64,000 nucleotides of DNA. Source: Octopus vulgaris (taxonomy: Eukaryota). Below the pieces are notes generated by a model that was not told the DNA's origin, searched no databases, and worked only from the letters and a program-made list of their open reading frames with translations. The stretch is from NCBI GenBank assembly GCA_951406725.2, contig OX597823.1, positions 92,938,001-93,002,000 of the forward strand, in the 5' to 3' direction. This document shows, piece by piece, positions 39,965 through 52,770 of the stretch. Position numbers and translations under genes: made by a program. Positions within the stretch are counted from its first letter, which is position 1. The number at the start of each line of letters is the position of its first letter.

Positions 39965-40440
39965 CAGACATGGCCTGTGTGGTGAGAGGTTTGCTTCCTA
40001 GCCACAGTGTTTCAATCTCAGTTCTTTTACATCGTACTACATGCCGACACAAAGCATTTGTGTGCATTCGGGAGACATAAACTAAAAGGAGCACAAAGTT
40101 TTTGTCTCTGTGTGTGTATCTGTCTGTGTATGTGCGTGCTTGTGGTTGTGTGTGTATGTGTGTGCATGTGTGTATGTTTGTATGAGTGTGTTGTGTGTGT
40201 GTATGTGTGCGTATGCGTGCATGTGTGTATGAGTGTGTTTGTGTGTGTGTGTGTGCGTGTCTGTGTTTGTGTTTGTGTGTGTATGTGTGTGATGTGTGTG
40301 TGCGTCTTTGTGTCCGTTTTTCTCCCCTTAACTGAGCGGCTCTGCAAAAATGACAATCAGGCTTCTACAAAAATCCTGCACTTAGTACACTGCAGCATGG
40401 CCGCAGTATACTAACTGAGACAAGTGAAAGGTAAAAGATA
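39965..40440 (+). mobile_element. SINE family A, decayed, with expanded (TG)n
   Basis: TGGCCTGTGTGGTGAGAGGTTTGCTTCC head; CAGCATGGCCGCAGT...ACTGAGACAAGTGAAAG tail. Confidence 0.7.
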
Positions 40441-40882
40441 AACCATGAAATCGAAAGTCACGAGAAGGCCATGAAGTTGCTATCGTAAAAAGGAACGAAC
40501 TGCTATAGCAAAATACCGTCAGAATTTGCCAAACTTTCGAATAAACAATAAAGAATCTGTGTTCTATCAACTGACGTTGAGAGTTGTAACAACCTCCAAA
40601 TCGTGCAATCAAAATATTCGCAGCTCTTCGGTGGACTGGAACACACTCTTTCTAATTCTTTAGCATCACTGGCTAAAATTCATTAACCAAAATATTATAA
40701 AACGAGCAATGCAAGTTGAACCATCTCTAGTCTAATATTCTTAGTAACAGTGTTAATTTCGGGGGGAGTAAGGTTACTTCGAAAACGGTTTTACACTGTA
40801 TTCAGCCAAACTTCAGTAAAACGGAACGTGAAAGAAATAACAGCCGACATATTCTTGTAGGAGAAAAGTTTAATGATATATC

Positions 40883-41323
40883 GGCGTAACTACAGATTTC
40901 TACCCCTCCCCCGATTTTGGATGAACCTGCCTTTCAGCAAAATGGATAGATTTTATTGAAATTTTCTACTAATATGTGTTATATCATGTAGATATCGAAT
41001 ATACAAATTTTTGGGGTCAAAGTATTTCCGAAAGGGGTGGGGTGGGGAATTTCGGAAACTTCACCGGAGTCCTCTTCAATTCGTCTTAACTTTCAAGAAA
41101 ATGAATATTTTTTAATGAAATTCTCTACAAATATACCTCGGAATATGTAGAATTCTGTCAGAAAACAATTGGCGATTATATTTGAGAACTGTTCCCCACT
41201 CAGGGTTATTTCAGAACAAGTCGTCCATACTTGTTACATTTTCTCCGTTTCACTAAAGGATATCCATTTTTCTGAAATTTATGATCATCCAAAGTCGGTG
41301 GGGCAGATATCTGTAGTTATGCC
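40883..41323. mobile_element. 441-bp MITE with ~40-bp TIRs (GGC termini; superfamily uncertain, possibly Zator-like)
   Basis: Left GGCGTAACTACAGATTTCTACCCC...CCGATTTTGGATGA; right TCATCCAAAGTCGGTGGGGCAGATATCTGTAGTTATGCC; TA-rich flanks. Confidence 0.85.
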
Positions 41324-41419
41324 TATATATCTTAAATTGATGAAAGCGGGAAGAAGAGGACAAATACAATAAGAACAATATCAAACATCAGTGAGCGAAA
41401 ACTCTTATATTTTATCTTC

Positions 41420-41740
41420 TATCTTTTACTTGCTTCAGTCATTGGACTGCGACCACGCTTATGCACTGTCTTGAAGGATTTAGTCAAAGAAATATCAGTA
41501 CTTGTTTACAGCCGTACACTCAGATACAGACACTCACTCGCACAAAGACACCCTCACAAACATACACTCTATCTCTAACTCACACACACAAACATGTATA
41601 TATACACGACGGGTTTCTACGCAGTTTCCGTCTACATGAATCATTCCCAAAGCATAGATCAGCATCAAGACCTCTATTGGAAATTGATTCCCCAAGATGC
41701 CCAACAGTAAAAATGAATGTGAAACCACGTAACTGCAAAG
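41420..41740 (-). mobile_element. SINE family A, older copy
   Basis: TTTTACTTGCTTCAGTCATTGGACTGCGACC...CGACGGGTTTCT..CAGTTTCCGTCTAC. Confidence 0.7.
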
Positions 41741-41757
41741 GAAATTAGGAGTATCCT

Positions 41758-41985
41758 CTCTTTTACTCTTTTACATGTTTCAGTCATTAGACTGCGGCCA
41801 TGCAGGAACACCGCCTTTAGTCGAGCAAATCAACCTCAGAACTTATTCATTGAAAGCTTAGTACTTATTCTATCAATCTGTTTTGCCGAACCGCTAAGTT
41901 ACGGGGACGTAAGCACACAAACATCGTTTGTCAAGCGATGATGGGAGACAAACACAGACACACAAACATATACACACATACATAC

Positions 41986-42039
<54 letters not shown>

Positions 42040-42207
42040 GACGGGCTTCTTTCATTTTTCATCTACCCAATCCACTCACAAGGCTTTCGTCGGCCCGAGG
42101 CTATAGTAGAAGACACTTGCCCAAGGTGCCACGCAGTGGGACTGAACTCGGAACCATGTGGTTCGTAAGCAAGCTACTTACACCACACAACCACTCCTAC
42201 GCCTGTG
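41758..42207 (-). mobile_element. SINE family A, full-length young copy
   Basis: Near-consensus tail and head; reverse complement of 3757-4292. Confidence 0.93.
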
Positions 42208-42493
42208 CAGAATCATTGCACCAAAACATCATAAAATTAAACTATCGGTCACATTGAATAACAAAAGCATATCTTCCATAGAAGAAATCTATTTTGAACA
42301 AATGAAAGAAACACATTAATGGCGGACACAGGCGGTCTGCCACAGATGACGTACTGACACTGGTTTAAGTACAAGCAAACACGTTGCAATTCTGACAGAC
42401 GAGTATAAACTATCTCGCATCTATATATGATTTATATCTGTGTATAACAAGGTTTACACAGCTATTCACCAACAATTGGGCCACGTATTAGAC

Positions 42494-42851
42494 GCAAAAT
42501 TTTAAATATGTTTAACCATTGACACGATACGATGAGGTAAATTAACAAGAACTGATAATATTAAATTATGAATAGAAAACGAAATAAAAGACTTGCACAG
42601 AAACCATCCATTCAGTTACTTAGATTCAGATGAAAGCGATAATATACAACACACCGAAATGAAGAAAATTACTGTAGAGTCACACGTATATTAAAATCCG
42701 AAATCAATAAAATAATACGTATAAATAAAAACTGCAGATCTGATATAAACTTTAACATAATGAAGTCGCAGTCGAATGAATTGGAGAGTTCAGGAAGAAA
42801 AAACACAGGCAACTAGTAACTGTTTCAAAACCCGGTCATAAATTTGATTGT
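42494..42851 (+). repeat. ~360-bp AT-rich segment directly repeated at 55563-55925
   Basis: AACCATTGACAC.ATACGATGAGGTAAATTAACAAGAAC...CCATTCAGTTACTTAGATTCAGATGAAAG...GTAGAGTCACACGTATATTAAAATCCGAAATCAATAA is present in both. Confidence 0.95.
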
Positions 42852-43101
42852 ATACATACATGTATATATACATGTATATATATATGTATATATATATATA
42901 TATATATATAAATTAGTAATGCAATACAAAGTATCGCCTTCCAGTAAAGTATATCATAGTGTTAATTTAATCACAAAAGAAAATTACCTTTAATAGGTAT
43001 TTTTACACGCTAGAAGAAGCAATCAAACGACCAAAACCACACCTTAAGAGCAATTTTCGAAGCGAATGAAAAATAAAAACCTCTGCCTTGGTATCTTTTA
43101 C

Positions 43102-43170
43102 GGCCATGCCTAGGTTTCAGATTATTTCAGCAAATAAAATAATTTGCTAGGCGAATCTTCATCAGTAACC
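43102..43170 (-). ncRNA. Type I minimal hammerhead-ribozyme-like motif (cleavage triplet degenerate) within a probable Penelope-like repeat ~42910-43260
   Basis: GGTTA CTGATGA AGATT [..AGCAAAT-TATTTT-ATTTGCT..] AATCT GAAAC CTAG GCA TGGCC: both core boxes, stem II, palindromic short stem III, stem I GGUUA/UGGCC. Confidence 0.7.
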
Positions 43171-43554
43171 CTGCCTTAACAATTAACATATAATTTAGAG
43201 ACAAATAACACGCCTCAACATATGTTATAATTTTTCAAAATTCAACGCGCAAGCGCAGTTTCAACCAACTGTGCGTGGAAGTGTTGATTGTATATTGAAT
43301 ATTTTTTGCATGTTAATATTTGTAATGAAGTAGTAAATCCAATAACTGTAAAAACTGTTGTGAGAGGTTCAATACTTCGTTTTGTTAATTCTGTTAAAAA
43401 AAGAAAAATGTTTTAGAGAAACAGAAAATCGGCTAGCGTTTTTTGCCTTCTCTCATCAATATCATCCTCATTTCATCATTCACCTCATCAATGTATATGT
43501 CCAGCCCGCAATCTACTCTTTGTAATGCCTTCATGGCAAATTTTAATGAAATAA

Positions 43555-43960
43555 AGTAGCTTGCTTACCCTCCACATAGTTCCGGGTTAATCCCACTGCA
43601 TGGCCCCTTGGGCAAGTGTTTTCTACAATAGCCTCGGGCAGACCAAAGCCTTATTTGTGGATTTCGTGGGCGGAAAGTAAAAGAAGCTTACAGTATATGT
43701 GTGAGCGTTTGTGTGTGTGTGTATGTGTGTTTGTGTATGTGTGTTTGTGTTTGTGTATGTGCTTGTCCCTTACCACTGCTTGACAACCTGTGTTCGTTTG
43801 TTTATATCCCATAGGTTATCAGTTTGGCCAAGAGACCGAAAGAATAGAACAGAATGGAACCAGGCTTTAAAATATATGTACTGCGTTGCATTCCGTCAAC
43901 TAAGGGCTCTTCAAGGTGTTGCTCAAACATAGATCTTCTGTAATGTCTCATACAAGCAAA
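43555..43960 (+). mobile_element. SINE family A
   Basis: AAGTAGCTTGCTTACC...CCCACTGCATGGCCCCTTGGGCAAGTG, (TG)n, tail. Confidence 0.85.
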
Positions 43961-44240
43961 AGAAACGAGGTGGGGGTTTCAGCGATGCACTTGACATTCA
44001 GAGACGGACAGAAAATACAAATCGATAGCAGGAATAATGAGGCAAGAATGAATCGATAAAATCGATTCCTTTCGACAACTGTTTATTCTCGTATTAGTAC
44101 ATACAGGTGCTCAGAAATGTATAGAGCCACATAGAGCGGAGGCTTAAAATGAATTATATATGTAAATGATCAAAATTAATAAAAATTTGAATAATTTCAA
44201 GAACGGTACCGGATAGAAAGTGACAATAATACGTTGTCAG

Positions 44241-44386
44241 CGGATAAAACTGAACAAGATAACGCTTAAACAGGTTAAACCTGAAGAGAGTAAGGCTTAA
44301 GCAGCTTAAAGCTGTACATAATAAAGCCTAAACGGATTAAACCTGTAAGGGATAAGGCTTAAACAAGTTAAACCTGAACAATGTAA
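44241..44386. repeat. 31-bp period array, ~4.7 units, each with a 13-bp palindrome
   Basis: Units start at 44241, 44271, 44302, 44333 and 44364; consensus CAGGTTAAACCTG-N7-TAAGGCTTAAA. Confidence 0.85.
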
Positions 44387-44631
44387 ATCTCTTTCGGTTG
44401 GTTTCAAAGCGAAGAACTCTGAAATGTCAGTTTCGAGCCCCTCATTTCGGGCATTTAACGACAATATGAGTCTTCGAAGACAGTTGCTCACACAAATACC
44501 AACATAAAATTATGGAATTATGGAGGTTAGTTAGATCCGAACGAGGGGGAAAATAGTGTACGCTGTTAGAAATATTTTCTTTGAAAAGAGAAACAATAGA
44601 AGCGAGAGAGAGAGAGAAACGAGTCATCCAG

Positions 44632-44705
<74 letters not shown>

Positions 44706-45513
44706 TTTACATACAATTGCTAATGTGTATTCTTTGTATAATTTCCAGTGACTGTAATGGAATATCTCATTCTCGCCGGTATTACAACCCCTCTGTCTTG
44801 GACAGGCTGCGTTTAATTCATATGTAAATTTTCTCTCGAGTATGCAATTTTCGTGCATACCAGCGCATCAGTTTACAAGCCACGAGTCGTGGACTAGCTA
44901 GGTGTTTCGCCTTCATCCCCAGGCAGGTGCTTGATGCTCACAAGCCACAAAGATGACGAAACATCGATGACCACCACTACCGAATTGGAATGAGGGTGTT
45001 TTATCTCATCTGTCTATGATGAAGGTGCTTCAACACCGGCGACAATGTGAGTTTATATATTGTTATACGCCATTGCAGTCAAAAGAAACTTCTCAAAGCA
45101 TATATATAATATATGTATTTAATAATATATATAGATATATAGATACAAACACACGCACAGACACACACTATATATATATGTATATTCATGTGTACTCACA
45201 CACTAACGAATTTATGCCTTTATGTACATATATATGCGTGCATTTATACACATTCCCGCATAAGGCCAACGAATAAAGGAGACTAAAATAGTTATACACA
45301 TAAAATAAAAGGCAGTGTGAGTAAAAGCAGGGAAAGTTAAATTCAAGGAAAGAACGCGAAACGTAAAGAATAAAGACTCACAAAGTAAACTCGTTGGAAA
45401 TTTAGCGAAACTTTACTGTATAAAGTGTTCGTATTTAGTTTATTTGAAGATATATATATATATATATATATAAATATACATACATACATACATACATAAA
45501 TACATACACACAG

Positions 45514-45617
<104 letters not shown>

Positions 45618-45872
45618 GAGAGAGAGATAGAGAGTTAGATAGTTGCATAGGTAGACAGATATTCAGATACTAATCGTCTTAGTAGTAGCGAATGTGTGCG
45701 GCACTTTCTGACTGTGGATGTATGCCTCTATATAAATCTGTGCATGTGTGTCTAAGCTGATCTATGTGTGTGTGAGTGTCTGCATGTGTCTGTGTTTGTA
45801 TATATATATATACATATATATATATGTGTGTGTATATATATATATGTGTGTGTCCATATATATATGTATATA

Positions 45873-45926
<54 letters not shown>

Positions 45927-46437
45927 TATATATACATATATAAATACATATGTGTACATATATAAACATATACATCCATCCATATATATTTGTGTGTGTC
46001 TGAGAGTGTGTGTGTGTGAGTGTGTATACACCCACCAACACACACATGATGCACGTGTAATTGGATATTTTAATATTGGACTTATATTTTTCGTTTACTT
46101 TTGATCTGAGAGATTTTGAGAAATTTTCAAAGAAAAACTAAAAGATCTGCTTAATGATTGCACGTAATGAAAGCGACTTCATACCTTTTGTATACACGTG
46201 TGTGAGTGAGTGTGTGTATGCGCGTGAAAATATGTGCGTCAATGCGTGTGTTGGAGAGAGAGAGAGAGAGAGACGGGGGGAGAGAGAGCGTGTGTTAATG
46301 CACTGGTTTCCTTTTCTTTTTATCGTTTGTTTCTTTTCATGTTTATTAATTTTCTATTTGTTTTCATTCTATTCAGATTCATTCAGTTACAATATAAATA
46401 AAGATTTAGTTATTGTAATCAGAACATTTTCCTCGTG

Positions 46438-46499
<62 letters not shown>

Positions 46500-46869
46500 C
46501 ATGTATGTATGTATGCATGTATACATTCATACAGAGAGAGATGTAGAGATGTATGTATATATGCATATGTATATATATAAATATATAATACGCAAATGAC
46601 CTTCGTATGCAAATGAGATACGTATGGCTCATGTGATTCGTGATTATGCCTCCGCGACGCAACTACGTAACATATTTGTGCATGAATGTCACCTCAGTTC
46701 GTAAATCTACATACACATCTGTATGTTAGGTGATGTGCAAGTAAATGCACTCACACACACATATGAATAATTGTAATAATTATAATAATAATAATAACAG
46801 CAATAATAATAGTGGATTAATCTGTTAAAGATTTTATCAGTGGGTAGTATATAATATAGAACATGTAAT

Positions 46870-46911
<42 letters not shown>

Positions 46912-48794
46912 TATATCATATATATATATATATATATATATACTATATGTATATACATGTGTGTATGCATATTCGTATACATATCCTTAAATTACAAGCA
47001 TATATTTATATATACATACAATGTGTGTGTGTGTGTGTGGGTGTGTGTGTGTGTGTTTCACTGTAGTAATTAACTGGAAATAAAGAATTCAACAAGTTAA
47101 AATTTTATTCTGTAAAGAATCATCTCCTTCAAATTTCTCTATTTCACCAATAACCAAAAAATATAATTTATGAGGATGAGGTTGACGATGAAAATGATGA
47201 TGATGAGGAGGAGGAGGACGAGGACGAGGACGAGGACGAGGTGGATGCTGACGACGATGACAACGATGACGACGTAATGATAATGATGGTGACGATGACA
47301 ACTACAAAATGATGATGATGAACATCATCGTCATTATCATGGCGATGATGATGATCATGATTTTTGCGAAAACGATAGAGACTTCTATTATGGCGAGTAA
47401 ATCGTCTCTCTCTCTCTCGACGACGACGACTAGGAATGATATTGGTTGTTCTGGCAATAGTGTTGTATTTTCTTTTATTTATTTTTTATATGCTGATCGA
47501 ATTTGTTGACGAAAACAATATCTTTGTCTAAGATATTAAAGAGAGATGTTGCTGACGATATGGAGGACGTCAAAGTCACGATAACGAAGTACAATGCATG
47601 ATTAGGAGAAAGTGATGGAGGCAGAGGAGGAAGGGGAGGAAGACGAGGAAGTGTTGGTGGTGGAGGAGGAAGAGAAGGAAAGCGAGGAAAAAGGGGAAAA
47701 AGCGCGTCAACTACGGGAATGATGACGGCAACACACGGTTCTTGACGGTTAAGCATTATGATGTTTCCAATGACGATGCTGGTGCGATGACGATGCCGAT
47801 AATTTCGATAGAGAGAAAGATTCTGCTGAGAAAATAACGGGTCCGATTCACATAAACGATTATAGCATATTTATTATCTGGCAGGAATTAATTCACCATT
47901 AATTTTCAAAGACTTTCAGAAAGAAATGCTGGAAAAAATAGTCTAAAATAAGAAGGAAAAATTCTGAAAAAGGAAATGCGACATGTGAAAGCAATTGAAT
48001 AACTTTAATTAAAAATGGTAAATGTTTACAGAAACATTTTATAATGTCTTTGGGGTTTTGTACAAATATATCCGTTTCTCTCTCTCGTCTCTCTCTCTCT
48101 CGTCTCTCTCTCTCGCTGTATCTCTTTTTTTCCTTCTCTCTCTATCTTTCTCTATCTTTGCAATAATGTGTGTGTATACCTGTGTGTCATGTCAAGTACG
48201 TGGTTTTAATCGTGTGTGTTGTGTGTTTAGACTTAGCTTATATAGAAAAATAATGTAAGAAGTAGTACGGTGTAATTAAATGGTAGTTAATATAGAATAT
48301 CTAGTTCTATGTCCAAAGCCTTTTGCTTTCGATTATCTTTTCAGATATTAGCATAGTTATTTAAGCATCGAACTATATAAATTTCTCTTTCGCTCTCACC
48401 CTCTCTGTTCTGTCTCTCACACTTTCTTCTTTTCATCAAATTTTCTATTCGTCGCCTCAAAACTATTAACTGTGTAATTTTCTCGATGTTTTGTCACCGA
48501 AGTTTAACAGTTGCGCACATGTCCATACAACTTGCATATACAAGGAATAATGTGAACGATAATGTGTGTGTGCGTGTGTGTGTGTATATAACATCACACA
48601 GCCAATAACTCTCTCTTAATGGTTTGGCGTGCTTCTAATTAATTTTCCACGAAAGGATTATTTAGTCAATGGTAAGCTAAATCATTCTCTAATAAAATTT
48701 AAAATCAAAGAAATGTTATTTTCGATTATATCTAATACAATATTTTGCGATGTATTGATTTGTTGGAGGTTCATATATATATATACATACATAT

Positions 48795-48942
<148 letters not shown>

Positions 48943-49081
48943 ATACATATATATATACATATATATACATATATATATACAAATATATATATGCATATAT
49001 GCAAATCGGTATGCGTAGGCGTGTATATGTTTCGAAGATTTCTCTTGAATATAAGTAAATTTATATAATAAATTAATTTTA

Positions 49082-49134
<53 letters not shown>

Positions 49135-49814
49135 CTGGCGGGGGTGGCGAGTGTAAGTTTGCGCGTGCTTGAACATATGTGATTATGGAGGATATTTTAG
49201 CTCAAAATGTACGGTAAATTAAAGAGCACTCAATACTGTGTGTATAAGCTTTAAACATTTTTTTTCAAATATAATGCTTCCATGTAATTAAAATAAATGT
49301 GACAAGTTTAACTTCAATATATATATGTGTGTGTGTGTGTGTATTTATGTGTGTGTTCGTGTTTTTGTATATGCGTGTGCGCGTGTGTGCGTATGTGTGT
49401 AGTGATGTAGTCATATATACGTGTAATAGATATGCATATATCCACACGTGCAGATACACATATACATAAATATAGATATATGCATCTATACATGCGTGTA
49501 TTCGTGTGTGCGGGCGTATCTTTGCGCTTGTATGTGTGTGTGAGTGTGATTGTGTGTATGTGTATGTGTTCGTGTATGAGAGAAAAAAAGTGGTTAAGTG
49601 CAACAAATTTTCATTGAGGTGTTTTGACTACTGGCCATTCCGATGAGCAACCATTGGTTACATTATATCCTGGCATGTTCATTTGAAAAGAAAAAAACAC
49701 GAAGAAAAATACTTTGGAACAATGCAAACCTTTTTCCGTATCAGATCAGGTGCTGAGTATGAGAGTTTTATGGTGAGACTGAAAAGTTTTTATAGAATGC
49801 AAACATATAATAAA

Positions 49815-50182
49815 TGAAGGCGACATGGCCCAGTGGTTAGGGCAGCGAACCCGTGGTTGTAGGATCTCGGTTTCGATTTCCAGACCGGTCGTTGTGAGAC
49901 TTTATTGGGTAAAATCACCCAAAGCTTCAAGAGACTCTGGCAGGGTTTGGTGGCGAACCCTGCTGCACTCTTTCACCAAAACTTTCTTTCGCTCTTTCTT
50001 CCTGTTTCTCTTGTACCTGTATTTCAAAGGGCCAGCCATGTCACACTGAATCTCCAGGAGAAATATGATAGAGGTACCCGTATCTGTGCAGTGCTCAGCT
50101 TCTTGCACGTTAATTTCACGAGCAGGCTGTTCTGTTGATCGGATCAACTGGAACGCTCGTCGTCGTAACCGACGGAATGCCA
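49815..50182 (+). mobile_element. SINE family C, tail type 3; the same tail occurs at 55118-55305 (-), 60720-60892 (+), 63912-63992 (-)
   Basis: ATGGCCCAGTGGTTAGGGCAGCG...GGTTTCGATTTCC head; tail GTGCTCAGC..CTTGCACGTTAATTTCACGAGCAGGCTGTT..GTTGATCGGATCAACTGGAAC...GACGGA.TGCC. Confidence 0.9.
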
Positions 50183-51485
50183 CGGCGAGTAATAGAATAT
50201 GTTTGCTAGGGAGGTTTACCAATCATAACATATACGTAATAATCAAAACTGCAAATGTCTAGTGATATTTCAAATATTTTGCAGAGCAAATACGCTCGTA
50301 TTTTATGTCTGGTGGTAGTTTTACTTCGTTATTTTGAACAAGGTATATAAACGTAAAACATGTATGCAGAGAAATGTTTCCCTTATTCAATGTATTTTAC
50401 ATAGCTTTGAATTATATAGAATGTGAAAAATCTACTCATAAATTGATTAATATACTCAAACTTTCACTGATTTTATAACAAACGTTGTAATATGAAATTC
50501 GTGCTAAGTTCTTGTAACAGCAAGCATTACAGATTTTATGTCGCAACTATTATGCTTGTCGATACTATCGAAGCGCCTAAAACTGATTCTACAACTTGAA
50601 TATGCTTACGTTTGTTATACAAACTCTGATGAATTGTTGATGCAATCCGTTTGTTGTGTATGTTGTGAAATAAGAAAAGAATATTCTTGGTAGCGTGTAA
50701 AATGTAGTGAATTAACGTAAAAACCGTATATTTGTTTGCGTTCGTAAGTTTCAATGTCTGTGTATATGTATGTATTCATAAGTATGCATGCATATATGGA
50801 GAGATTGATACATTGATTTCTGGACTAATTTGCTTATATCTGCATATTAGATGTAATCAGTGATGCGGTGCTCCGCATGTATAAAATAATCTACATGTCT
50901 CCTAAATTAATTCGAATGCCAACCTTTCAAGACTACTTCACAACGTGTAGAACAATCCAAAAATCTGATGCCATACATTGTTCGAAAGTAGCGTTCCTGT
51001 ATCGAATTAATATGTGTGTGTGTGTACCTCGAGGAGATTTATTTATTAATCAGAGCATGTGTAAACTATATAGTGGATACATAACAAACGCTAATTTAGC
51101 TGTTCCTCCGTAAATTGGATAAAATGATGAACAACCTTAACTGGTTTTCGAATTCTCTTTTATTCTCATCAGAGGCAGCTACATCAATTTAACCAATCCC
51201 AAAGAAACAAGCTGCCAATTTATTCATATACTCAACAATTCCAGTACCTACAGGAAACTAGAGCTACTAAATCTAACACCAAGGACTTTGTGTTTGATTA
51301 TATTTCAATACTTTATATGCGAGAAGCTAATGCGATCTTATCCTAAGTGTCTGACTAGTTTCGTTCCGATATTTTGAACAGAGTATACAAAAGTAAAATC
51401 CGTGCGAAGATTAATTTATTCCATTTATTGAATACACCCTATAACATATTTCATTTATAATATTATATGTAATATGAATATATAT

Positions 51486-51690
51486 ATACAAAATTTAGAG
51501 GGTCGACCACTAAAAGTCGACAGCCTGTATACTAGAAATAGACCTCAAAATCGCCATTTTCCACGGAGAATGTGTTCTCAAGAAAAAAATTCAACAAAAA
51601 CCCAATTCTCCGTAGAAAATGGCAATTTTGAGGACTATTTCTAGTATACAGGCTGTCCACTTTTAGTGGTCAGTCCTCTAAATTTTGTAT
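51486..51690. repeat. 86-bp-arm inverted repeat (51486-51571 / 51605-51690); right arm continues into a repeat related to 38065-38250
   Basis: ATACAAAATTTAGAGG..GACCACTAAAAGT.GACAGCCTGTATACTAGAAATAG.CCTCAAAAT.GCCATTTTC.ACGGAGAAT and its reverse complement. Confidence 0.93.
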
Positions 51691-51772
51691 GTAAAAAGTT
51701 TTTAATCTTCAGATATTTTTAAATATACTAGACCACTGGTTTTAATTGATTAATATCAATTTGTACCCTTAT

Positions 51773-51814
<42 letters not shown>

Positions 51815-52294
51815 GTGCGTGTAAGTGTGTATTCGTGAGTCTATGTTCATGTGTCTGTGTGCGTCTGTGTTTCCATATGCCACAAAATCTACAGATGCAG
51901 AACAGAGCTATAACAAAAACTGTGCAAAGGTATTTTCTCTACCTGTCTACTGATTCTACAGAAGTGTCCTTCATCCTAAGACGGAGATAGTTATATGGTC
52001 GAATCAGGTTCTGATGTCTCTATTTCTATTTCTTTCTATCTTTTCCTGAATCCCTCTACCCCTCGTAGTTCCCTTCTTGCATTTCCCTCTCCCACTCTAT
52101 CTGTCTTCTGTCTCTCTACCTCTTTGTATGTCTGCCTGTGTTCCCCTGTCTTTGTCTCTCTGTATATCTATCTATCTATCTATCTCTATCTATCTATCTA
52201 TCTATCTACCTATCTATCTATCTATCTATCTATCTATCAATCTATCTATCTGTGTGAGTGTGTGTATGCATGTATGTGTGTGTGTGTCTGTGTA

Positions 52295-52331
<37 letters not shown>

Positions 52332-52351
52332 CTATCTCTTTATCTTATTTC

Positions 52352-52770
52352 ATTTATTTCTTTATTGCTCACAGGGGTCTAAAGATAGAGTGGACAAACA
52401 AGGACAGAGAAACGGATATATCAATTATATCGATCCCAGTGCGTAACTGGTACTTATTTAATCGACCCCGAAAGGATGAAAGGCAAAGTCGACCTCGGCG
52501 GAATTTGAACTCAGAACGTAATGGCAGACGAAATACCTATTTGTTTATTACCCACAAGGGGCTAAAGACAGAGGGGACAAACAAGGACATACATAGGTAT
52601 TAAGTCGATTACATTGACCCCAGTGCGTAACTGGTACTTAATTTATCGACCCCGAAAGAATGAAAGGCAAAGTCGACCTCGGCGGAATTTGAACTCAGAA
52701 CGTATTGGCAGACGAAATACTGCTGCGCATTTCGTCCGGCGTGCTAACGTGTCTGCCATCTCGCCTCCTT
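52352..52770 (-). mobile_element. SINE family B dimer
   Basis: Two cores, junction GACGAAATACC|TATTTGTTTATTACCCACAAGGG; both units carry the ACAAACAAGGACA tail. Confidence 0.93.

Noticed and set aside
44241-44386. CRISPR-like appearance
   Set aside because: The variable segments are only 7 nt, the context is eukaryotic and there are no cas genes; kept as a tandem array.
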